NCBI GenBank assembly: GCA_038065295.1 | Contig: JBBTRG010000007.1 | Location: forward strand, 1 to 59,528 | Length of the DNA: 59,528 nt | Direction of reading: 5' to 3' | Source of the DNA: Patescibacteria group bacterium | GTDB taxonomy: Bacteria; Patescibacteriota; Minisyncoccia; JACROR01 | Part shown: in pieces, positions 47,145-54,273 of the stretch | Numbering within the stretch: position 1 is the first letter of the stretch | Layout: every line of letters begins with the position of its first letter | Notes under the pieces: model-generated | Seen by the model: the letters and a program-made list of their open reading frames with translations, nothing else | Told to the model about the DNA's origin: nothing | Databases searched by the model: none | Program-made: the position numbers and the translations under genes

Positions 47145-47398
47145 ATTTTAAATCCTCCCTTCTCGTTCTGTAAATGTAAAACTTAAACTAGTGTATCATG
47201 CCCATGATTTATTTACAAGGCCTTATGTTAGAACCTCTGCCTAACCATCAAAAAAGCATTTCTTAATCAGAAAAATATATTTTTGATATTTAAAAACTTC
47301 TCTTTCCACGTGCGGACAGCGAGACGATGTTAGAACCTCCGAGATTTCTGAAGTAGAAATGACAATTGGCGCATTGAAGCGCCAAAAGTCCCATAGTG

Positions 47399-47415
47399 TG
47401 CACCCAGTAGGATTC
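47399..47415 (-). repeat. 17-nt duplicate of the tRNA-Lys 3' end (att-like)
   Basis: tgcacccagtaggattc is identical to 47563-47579, which covers the T-loop 3' part, T-stem and acceptor 3' strand. Confidence 0.85.
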
Positions 47416-47562
47416 AGTCACAAATAAATCCGCCTGCCCGGCGGATTTTTCGCTACCCCGGCTCGGCATGCCGATTATGATCGGCATAAGCCTGCGCCCT
47501 TCGAATCCTGCGCGCGACTGAAGCAGTTCAGTCGCTTGGGCGCTAATTCACCATGTTCATTA
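47416..47562 (-). ncRNA. hairpin-rich 147-nt segment between tRNA-Lys and its 3'-end duplicate (unclassified)
   Basis: Three strong stem-loops: gcgactgaa/ttcagtcgc (9 bp), atgccgat/atcggcat (8 bp) and aatccgcc/ggcggatt (8 bp with a T/A run). No credible ORF. Confidence 0.3.
47427..47450. terminator. GC-rich hairpin with A/T runs on both sides
   Basis: aatccgcc-tgccc-ggcggatt followed by ttt on the plus strand, preceded by aaataa. Could terminate the tRNA-Lys transcript. Confidence 0.45.
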
Positions 47563-47635
47563 TGCACCCAGTAGGATTCGAACCTACGACCATCTCCTTA
47601 AGAGGGAGTTGCTCTACCAACTGAGCTATGGGTGC
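47563..47635 (-). tRNA. tRNA-Lys (anticodon CUU)
   Basis: Hand-folded: acceptor GCACCCA/UGGGUGC, D arm GCUC-AGUUGGUA-GAGC, anticodon loop CUCUUAA, variable UGGUC, T arm GUAGG-UUCGAAU-CCUAC, discriminator A. No encoded CCA. Confidence 0.9.
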
Positions 47636-47744
47636 GCAATTAAACTTATTTTACTAGTGATCTTATAAACTTTCTACTCTGACAACTTTTATAGCGTACA
47701 CGAAAAACATTTAACTTCTTCTTGGAGGTCCGCCGGTTGGCGGA

Positions 47745-47786
47745 TACCAACTGACCTGCCTGCCGGTAGGCAGGGCTATGGGTGCG
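47745..47786 (-). pseudogene. 5' fragment of tRNA-Lys interrupted by a 20-nt palindromic insertion
   Basis: Minus strand reads GCACCCAUAGC + CCUGCCUACCGGCAGGCAGG + UCAGUUGGUA. The two flanks equal positions 1-11 and 12-21 of the intact tRNA. No anticodon or T arm follows. Confidence 0.7.
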
Positions 47787-47793
47787 TATATTT

Positions 47794-48276
47794 TTAAGTA
47801 TGCCTGTCCGCCAAAACTGACGCGCCGAACGAATACGGCTTGATCGCCGCCTCAAAACCGAAGCCGTGCACCATCCCCACCAAGCCGTCTATGAATTCAC
47901 GGGTAGGACCGTTCTGCCCCACATCTATGTGCACGGTGATTTTATTATCCCAAAAAAACTCTTCTCCCAACCGCTCGCGGAGCGCGCTTTTCAATTCTTG
48001 CATAAGCATAATGGATTGCATGGCTTCTTTGTAAATGCGGTCTCGCAAAACGGGACATGCCGATTCCGGGGATTTGGTCCAGAAATACCTGCCGCCATGC
48101 CCTACCCGCCAAACGCCGACTGCCGTAACAAAACAGACTTTTTCTGCCGCGCGCGAATCCGTACCCACCACTATCTCATAATGGTTGCGTGGATTTTCAT
48201 CAATATAAGAAACGATCGCGTCTATCAATTCGGCGAAGCTGAAATCATGTTTGAAATTGTGGAATAAAAAATGCAT
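47794..48276 (-). CDS. YkuK/DUF458-family RNase H-like protein
   Basis: 160 aa; IVVGTDS...VTAVGVWRVGHGGRYFW...TVHIDVG pattern typical of the YkuK family. Confidence 0.7.
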   Translation of the reverse strand: MHFLFHNFKHDFSFAELIDAIVSYIDENPRNHYEIVVGTDSRAAEKVCFVTAVGVWRVGHGGRYFWTKSPESACPVLRDRIYKEAMQSIMLMQELKSALRERLGEEFFWDNKITVHIDVGQNGPTREFIDGLVGMVHGFGFEAAIKPYSFGASVLADRHT

Positions 48277-48304
48277 TTTGATTTATGTATGCTGAATACT
48301 TATC

Positions 48305-49129
48305 TCAAAAAAGAGCATCCTGCACATCCTCTTTTATCACATAAGGATTGGGGGTGATTTTCGCGGATAACACGCGGTCAATTTTGAAAATACGGGGTGC
48401 GCGCCGCAGATGGCAATAACCCTCAAAAACCTCCTTGTTTAATTTGTAAACATCCACCAAGCGTATATTGCGCGGCTCATCGGCAGACGAAGAAGCGGTT
48501 CCGGTAACATAATCTATCTCCACGCTCCGCCTCTCCGCGAGCGCTTCGCGCAAAATGGAAGAGACGTCTTTTTGCACCGCGCCACCCCAGGATACGGGGA
48601 TGGCCGTTTTCCGCATTTGATCGCGCGAAAAAAATAAAATATTACCGTGTGCTTTGCCGTGTTCGTACAATTCTTTGGTAACACGCACGTCTTGCGTACA
48701 ATATTTTTTAATCTCGTCTATTTTCCCTTCTTTGTACCATTGGAGCGCCTGCAAGCCGTCCGCGCTCTTTTTCACGCCCAAGGTCGTGCCCGCCAAATTG
48801 TCCAAAGAGATACGGAATCCCGCGCCACGCACCACATCATCCATCAAATCCAAAACCGCCACATTATATGAAGCCGCGGGGATATACGGCTCCATCACCG
48901 GAATGTCAAAGCCCTTTATGTTAAAACCTATCAAAGTTCCAGCCTCGTCTAACATTTTTTTAAATCCAGCAACCTCGTGCTCTTCAAACGCGAAATAAGC
49001 GTCCTTATTATATGAATAAGCGCAAAGCACGGAAATACCCAAAAGATCCATGTGATCCCTGCCCCCCACATCGTCAAAACTTTTTTTGGTTTCTATATCA
49101 AATACGACCGTATCCTTCATCAAAAACAA
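48305..49129 (-). CDS. DEDDy 3'-5' exonuclease (RNase H-like, YprB/PolB-exo type) fused to a C-terminal WYL-like domain
   Basis: Exo motifs VVFDIETKK, FNIKGFDIPVM and YCTQDVRVT. The C-terminal RSVEIDYV...FEGYCHLRRAPRIFKIDRVL matches the WYL-domain core pattern. Confidence 0.75.
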   Translation of the reverse strand: MFLMKDTVVFDIETKKSFDDVGGRDHMDLLGISVLCAYSYNKDAYFAFEEHEVAGFKKMLDEAGTLIGFNIKGFDIPVMEPYIPAASYNVAVLDLMDDVVRGAGFRISLDNLAGTTLGVKKSADGLQALQWYKEGKIDEIKKYCTQDVRVTKELYEHGKAHGNILFFSRDQMRKTAIPVSWGGAVQKDVSSILREALAERRSVEIDYVTGTASSSADEPRNIRLVDVYKLNKEVFEGYCHLRRAPRIFKIDRVLSAKITPNPYVIKEDVQDALF

Positions 49130-49135
49130 TATAAC

Positions 49136-49163
49136 AAAAAACCCGCCGTTTGGCGAGTTTTTT
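49136..49163 (-). terminator. intrinsic terminator after the DoxX gene
   Basis: Minus strand reads AAAAAACUCGCC-AAAC-GGCGGGUUUUUUG. Confidence 0.65.
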
Positions 49164-49183
49164 GTTCAAAAATAAACAACGGC

Positions 49184-49585
49184 CTAAAACATCACATCAA
49201 ACGCGAACGCTCCCGGGCCCAACACAAGCAAAGACAGCGCCATGGCAAGCAATGCCAAATCAAATTCATATCCTCCGGCAAATCCCTTTTTGCGGGTCAC
49301 TAACAAAATTGCCACTATCATATCTATCGCTATCAACGCCGCTGCCACTTGCGTGAAAAGGCCGACTATGAGCAACCATCCGCCAAAAAATTCTGTGATG
49401 CCCACCACCAGTACCCAAAATTTCGCTGGCTTGAGCCCTAACATACCAAAAAATCCGGCGGTTTCCGAAAAATTTTTGAATAATTTCGGATAGCCGTGCA
49501 CAATGAAAACTGTCCCCAAAACAAGCCGCAAAACAAACGGCGCCAGCGCTTGTAACGCGAACAACTGCGGAAAAACACTTAACAT
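49184..49585 (-). CDS. DoxX-family membrane protein
   Basis: 133 aa, 4 TM; LRLVLGTVFIVHGYPKL motif. Confidence 0.8.
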   Translation of the reverse strand: MLSVFPQLFALQALAPFVLRLVLGTVFIVHGYPKLFKNFSETAGFFGMLGLKPAKFWVLVVGITEFFGGWLLIVGLFTQVAAALIAIDMIVAILLVTRKKGFAGGYEFDLALLAMALSLLVLGPGAFAFDVMF

Positions 49586-49705
49586 ATTCTTAATAATTTA
49601 AACTTATAATACAACATCAGTATTTTAACAATTATTCGGACGGCGCGCCACCGCGCAAAAAATCGCGCACTTTTATTCGCCGCGCGATTATACTACCATT
49701 AAATT

Positions 49706-50578
49706 ATGGAAAAGGGTTATGGAACTAAACCAGGAGCCAAACAAGACTACGGATGGCTGATACTATTTTTGCTTATTCTAGCCGTCATGTGGTACTCGCA
49801 AGGAGGCAAATTTGGAAATAATGGCATCATTTTGGAACCTCCGAGCTCTGTCAGCCAATCGCCCGCGAGCGAAACAAAAATCACAGCGGCTCCACCCCAA
49901 CAAGAAACGACGATTTCCAGCGAATCTCCTTATAAAAATCAAATCAATATCGTGGCCGATGCCGTGCGCGCCACCAATCCCAATGAAGAATATATTACTC
50001 TCGCCGCATCCTACGGCAACAAAGAAAGCATCAACATAACCGGCTGGACGCTCGCCAATAAATCCGGCACCATCGTTAAAATAGGACAAGGATCTTATCT
50101 GCCTTATTCCGCGCAAGTTAATCCTCAAACAGATATACGGCTGGAGCCGGGAGGAAAGGCCCTAATACTCACAGGCACAAGCCCGATCTCCACCAACTTT
50201 CAACTGAATGCCTGTACTGGATATTTCAACCAATTCCAAAATTTCTTCCCTAGATTACCGGAACAATGCTCTTATCCTAAAAACCTTATTGGGTTATATG
50301 AAATGAAAGACGACGTCTGCATAGCCTACATTGAAAAACTCCCGCGATGTAGAATGCCGCAAAACATCCCGCTTCTCACCAAAGACGCTTGCCGCGCCGT
50401 CGTAGAATCCAACTTTAGTTACGCCGGATGCGTGGCCAATGAAGAAAACAAAGAAAAATTTTATTCCAAAGAATGGCGGATATATCTAAACAAAGACGCG
50501 GAATTATGGAAGGACAAATACGAAAAAATAATGCTCACCGATCGGGACGATAAAACAGTGTACGAACTTTCCTACTGA
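49706..50578 (+). CDS. membrane-anchored protein with lamin-tail (LTD) domain and Cys-containing C-terminal domain
   Basis: N-terminal TM. EEYITLAASYGNKESINITGWTLANKSGTIVKIGQGSYLP...LEPGGKALILTG fits the LTD pattern. The C-terminal half has 6 Cys. Confidence 0.7.
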   Translation: MEKGYGTKPGAKQDYGWLILFLLILAVMWYSQGGKFGNNGIILEPPSSVSQSPASETKITAAPPQQETTISSESPYKNQINIVADAVRATNPNEEYITLAASYGNKESINITGWTLANKSGTIVKIGQGSYLPYSAQVNPQTDIRLEPGGKALILTGTSPISTNFQLNACTGYFNQFQNFFPRLPEQCSYPKNLIGLYEMKDDVCIAYIEKLPRCRMPQNIPLLTKDACRAVVESNFSYAGCVANEENKEKFYSKEWRIYLNKDAELWKDKYEKIMLTDRDDKTVYELSY

Positions 50579-50594
50579 TTTATTTATCTTTAAA

Positions 50595-51101
50595 TTAAAT
50601 TTCCCGCAATTTAAATAAGGCAATCCCCGCGGCTACCGATACATTAAGCGACTCTTTTTTGCCGCGCATGGGAATCTCTGTAATCGCGTTACATTTTTTG
50701 AGAATTCGCGGCGATATACCGCGGACTTCATTGCCTACAAGCAAGGCGATGCTAGAAAATTTTTTAACAATTTTTCGCTTGCGGAAATAGGCGTCCACTT
50801 TTTCATAATTAAATGCTTTGGGCACCTGCTCCAGCGCCAAAATGAAAATTTTTTCTTTACGTAACTTTTCAATGAGACGCGGCAAATCAATTCGCCCTTC
50901 CCAGGGCACGGCATTTTCCGCGCCCAACGCCACCTTGTGTATGCCTTTGCGCGCGTTGCCCAATTTGTCTTGGGGCGCTCCAGTATATCCAGTTAAAAAT
51001 ATCTTGGAGACTCCTGCCGCGTCCGCGGTCCGAAACATTGAACCCACATTATAAAGGCTCCTGATGTTATGCAGGATCAAATATAAATTTTTTGAGACCA
51101 T
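50595..51101 (-). CDS. SpoU/TrmH-family RNA 2'-O-methyltransferase
   Basis: LILHNIRSLYNVGSMFRTADAAGV, LLVGNEVRGIS and SLNVSVAAGIAL (SPOUT knot motifs). Confidence 0.85.
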   Translation of the reverse strand: MVSKNLYLILHNIRSLYNVGSMFRTADAAGVSKIFLTGYTGAPQDKLGNARKGIHKVALGAENAVPWEGRIDLPRLIEKLRKEKIFILALEQVPKAFNYEKVDAYFRKRKIVKKFSSIALLVGNEVRGISPRILKKCNAITEIPMRGKKESLNVSVAAGIALFKLREI

Positions 51102-51856
51102 TATTTAATCTCGTAAACCACGCTCACATTGACCACAATCTCGTTTTCTCCCACCGGCACTTCGGGCGCCGAATCTCCTTTTGCCATAGGCGCTAAAACT
51201 GTCTCACGGTATATTGGCTGAATCCCTCCGTAAGATTCATTGAAGCTTAAAATATCTCCTAACCTCTCGCCCAAATCCTTGGCCAAAACCCGAGCCTTGC
51301 TCTTAGCATCATTAATCGCTAACTTCCGCGCCTCCGCTTTTATCTGATCGGGGTCTTCCACTGTAAAAGACAACTGGCCCACCTGATTGACTCCGGCTTC
51401 CGCCGCGCCTGTCAAAATTTCTCCCGCCTTACCCAAGTCCCTTATTTTTACATCCAAACTCTGCCTTACTTCATAACCGCGAAAAATCCGTTCTCCGTCT
51501 TTGTAATCATAAAGCGGATTGATGGAATATCCTGCAGTTTTTATGTCTTTTTTCTCAACGCCTGCTTTGTTTAAAAAATCCATGGTCTTATTTATGGAAG
51601 CGGTAGCAAGCGATTGCGCGTCAGCTACGGTCTTGCCCTCGCCCACCACGGATAAAGATACCTGTCCGATATCCGGTTTAGCGAAAACCTTGCCTTCGCC
51701 GAAAACCGTTATACTCGGAATCTGCGTTCCTTTAACGGAAAAAGATTTTACCTCCGAAACTATTTTCGTAAGAACCAAAACGGAAAGCATAACGCTTAAC
51801 GCCGAAAGAGTCCAAATAAAAATTTTTTTATGAAAAAAATGTTTGTCTTCTTGCAT
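51101..51856 (-). CDS. SIMPL-domain (DUF541) protein
   Basis: N-terminal TM then a typical SIMPL layout (...GYEVRQSLDVKIRDL...AKSKARVLAKDLG...). Confidence 0.8.
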   Translation of the reverse strand: MQEDKHFFHKKIFIWTLSALSVMLSVLVLTKIVSEVKSFSVKGTQIPSITVFGEGKVFAKPDIGQVSLSVVGEGKTVADAQSLATASINKTMDFLNKAGVEKKDIKTAGYSINPLYDYKDGERIFRGYEVRQSLDVKIRDLGKAGEILTGAAEAGVNQVGQLSFTVEDPDQIKAEARKLAINDAKSKARVLAKDLGERLGDILSFNESYGGIQPIYRETVLAPMAKGDSAPEVPVGENEIVVNVSVVYEIK

Positions 51857-51910
51857 AAAATTTTTTAAAAATAACCGATATATTCAGTCACGCATAGAGC
51901 GAGACTGAAA

Positions 51911-52117
51911 TTAAAACCTTCCTTCGTCTATGTGCCTTTTGATCTCCGCCTTGAGCAGTTCTACATGTCTTTCATCGTCAGCCTCCAGCGTCTTCCAGAG
52001 TTTTTGGCAAAACTCGCATCCTTCCGCGTTCTTCTTGTAATGTTCACCGTAACGCCAAAGCGCGCTGTTTTTCTTAGACAGAGCGTGAACCAAATCAAAA
52101 TTATGATTTTCTAACAT
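51911..52117 (-). CDS. small hypothetical protein
   Basis: 68 aa, helical, with a CEFC pair. Overlaps the upstream small ORF by 17 nt. Confidence 0.5.
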   Translation of the reverse strand: MLENHNFDLVHALSKKNSALWRYGEHYKKNAEGCEFCQKLWKTLEADDERHVELLKAEIKRHIDEGRF

Positions 52118-52316
52118 GATTTTTTTTCTTTTTAACCTTAGTGGTTTTTACCCGCTTTTTTTCAGACCCGACCACGCCTGATTTTTTCTCCATTTTTTTA
52201 TAAAGTTCCGCGATTCGCTGCTTAAAATCCTCCCCCGCTATGCCAGCCATTCTTAAACGAAGTTTTTCTCCTCGTATATGTTTTCTAACGCTTGCCGCTA
52301 ATTTGTTTTTAGTCAT
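52101..52316 (-). CDS. small basic hypothetical protein
   Basis: 71 aa with a Lys-rich C-terminus. Lies directly downstream of rtcB on the same strand. Confidence 0.45.
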   Translation of the reverse strand: MTKNKLAASVRKHIRGEKLRLRMAGIAGEDFKQRIAELYKKMEKKSGVVGSEKKRVKTTKVKKKKNHVRKS

Positions 52317-52351
52317 AGCAGTATTTTAACAAAAATAAACGCATGATGCCA

Positions 52352-53782
52352 CTATCCCTTAATCGCCGCGAGAGGACGAAGCCGCGCCACCTTTTCCGCG
52401 ATGCCCGCTTCCGCCACGACATCCGCTACCGCATCAATGTCTTTGTAAGCCGCCGGGGCTTCTTCGGCCACGCCTCGAAGAGATCCGGCGAATACCCTAA
52501 TCCCTTCCGCTTCCATGTGCTCTTTTAACGCGCGCGCCTCAATGCTTTTTCTCGCCTCAGTGCGGGACATCTGGCGCCCCGCCCCGTGAGCCGTCGTACC
52601 AAAAGTATTTTTCATAGCACCATCCGCTCCCGCCAAAACATACGAAGCCGTTCCCATGCTTCCGGGAATAAAAACCGGCTGACCCACGCTCCGATAGCGC
52701 GGCGGAATTTCCAGATTTCCCTTGGCAAAAGAACGCGTGGCGCCTTTGCGATGCACCAATAATTCTTTGTCATCATATTTTTCAATTTTTGCCAAATTAT
52801 GCGCGACATCGTACACCGTTTTTAAATCTCCGCCGCTCTCACCCAAAACATCTTTCCACGCCTTACGCACCTCCCATGCAATCAGCTGGCGATTGGCCCA
52901 CGCGAAATTCGCCGCGGCGCTCATGGCTTTAAAATAATTTTGCCCTTCTTCGGAGCGGAACGGCGCGCAAGCCAATTCCCTGTCCGGAATCTGAATGCCG
53001 TATTTCGGCATGGCCGTCATCATGGCACGGATATAATCCGTGGCGACCTGATGCCCCAATCCGCGCGATCCGGTATGTATTAAAACGGTAACTTGCCCCA
53101 AAAAAAGTCCAAAAACTTCCGCCGCATCTTTAGAAAAAATTTTTTCCACAAAACCCACCTCTACGAAATGATTCCCCGCCCCCATGGTCCCCAGTTGATC
53201 TTGTCCCCGCGTTTTAGCGCGAGAAGACACCATCACAGGATCTGCGTCCGGCAATTCTCCGCATGATTCCAAGAAATCCAAATCTTCTTTCCCGCCAAAA
53301 CCTTTTTCCGTTATGCCGCGCGCGCCACGCTTTAAAATTAAATCCAAATCCTTGTCAGATAATTTCAAAATGCCGCTCCTGCCGGTTCCGGATGGAACTT
53401 CCGCAAAAATTCTGTCACCTAAATCGTTTATGCGAGACGAGATCACATCCGCCGATAAATCGGAACGCAATAAACGCACCCCGCAATTTATATCGTATCC
53501 TATGCCACCCGGGGAGATCACGCCCTCCGCGGCATCCATGGCAGCCACCCCACCAATCGGAAAACCATAACCCTCATGAATATCCGGCATGGCAAGCGCA
53601 TACTTATAAATGCCGGGTAGAGTCGCCACATTTAACAACTGCGCCATTGATCGGTCATCCAAAGAAGCTAAGAGTATTTTTTCCGTGGCATAAACTCGCG
53701 CCGGAACGCGCATACCGCCCTGAAAAGATTGGGGAATTTCCCACAGATAATCATTTATCTTTTTAAAATCCTTGATTATCAT
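52352..53782 (-). CDS. rtcB: RNA-splicing ligase RtcB
   Basis: DIHEGYGFPIGGV, GYDINCG, GNHFVE, HTGSRGLGHQ and TAHGAGR motifs; 476 aa. Confidence 0.95.
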   Translation of the reverse strand: MIIKDFKKINDYLWEIPQSFQGGMRVPARVYATEKILLASLDDRSMAQLLNVATLPGIYKYALAMPDIHEGYGFPIGGVAAMDAAEGVISPGGIGYDINCGVRLLRSDLSADVISSRINDLGDRIFAEVPSGTGRSGILKLSDKDLDLILKRGARGITEKGFGGKEDLDFLESCGELPDADPVMVSSRAKTRGQDQLGTMGAGNHFVEVGFVEKIFSKDAAEVFGLFLGQVTVLIHTGSRGLGHQVATDYIRAMMTAMPKYGIQIPDRELACAPFRSEEGQNYFKAMSAAANFAWANRQLIAWEVRKAWKDVLGESGGDLKTVYDVAHNLAKIEKYDDKELLVHRKGATRSFAKGNLEIPPRYRSVGQPVFIPGSMGTASYVLAGADGAMKNTFGTTAHGAGRQMSRTEARKSIEARALKEHMEAEGIRVFAGSLRGVAEEAPAAYKDIDAVADVVAEAGIAEKVARLRPLAAIKG

Positions 53783-53784
53783 GG

Positions 53785-54198
53785 CTATATATCAAACACC
53801 AAGACGGTTGCCAATTTCCCGCTCTCGTTCCTTTTTATCTGAACCTCGTGATAAGTTGCCGCCTTGATATCTTCGTCAAAATCTTTTACGGGTACTCCGA
53901 AAATCTCCGCCACAAGCTCCGTATCGGATAATTTTTGAAACACAGCGCTTAAATAAATTTCCTTGCGGCTGTAAGCGCTGTATAAAACTTCATTTAAAAA
54001 ATCAATCAGCAAAGCTGATTCGTCCGCCGATGAAATTTTAATCCTATGCTTGGAAATTTTCGCGATTTCTTGCGGTGGTTTCTTTTCTTTCAAAACATGC
54101 ATAACGCCGTCAAAAGCGCTTTGAAAAAGTTCCGCCAAAGTCAGGCCGTCCACCCGCATCCGCAAATCCGCCCTATGAGACAACATTATAAAACCCAT
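53785..54198 (-). CDS. archease (RtcB activator)
   Basis: About 135 aa; LSHRADLRMRV N-terminus (HTAD-like) and ATYHEVQIK C-terminal motif. Immediately upstream of rtcB. Confidence 0.85.
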   Translation of the reverse strand: MGFIMLSHRADLRMRVDGLTLAELFQSAFDGVMHVLKEKKPPQEIAKISKHRIKISSADESALLIDFLNEVLYSAYSRKEIYLSAVFQKLSDTELVAEIFGVPVKDFDEDIKAATYHEVQIKRNESGKLATVLVFDI

Positions 54199-54273
54199 TT
54201 GTTTTAATTATATGCCAAAAGTCTCCTCGCCACTATATTCGCCTAAACCACAATCAATGATAAAATAAAAAAT

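Noticed and set aside
47290-47487. 65-aa minus-strand ORF, and also 47646..47855(-) at 69 aa, in the tRNA-Lys flanks.
   Set aside because: They run through GC-rich hairpins and tRNA-derived fragments, have no SD and are Arg-rich. They are most likely non-coding.
47416-47562. Possible tmRNA (ssrA), possibly permuted. The minus strand contains GGATTCGAAGGG and GCATGCCGAG, which resemble the E. coli tmRNA 5' region and PK1, and it lies next to a tRNA-like 3' end.
   Set aside because: There is no GGG 5' acceptor strand with G3:U70, no T-arm preceding the putative acceptor 3' strand, and no resume codon or tag ORF ending in ...LAA-stop. The segment is also far too short. The matches are short enough to be chance.
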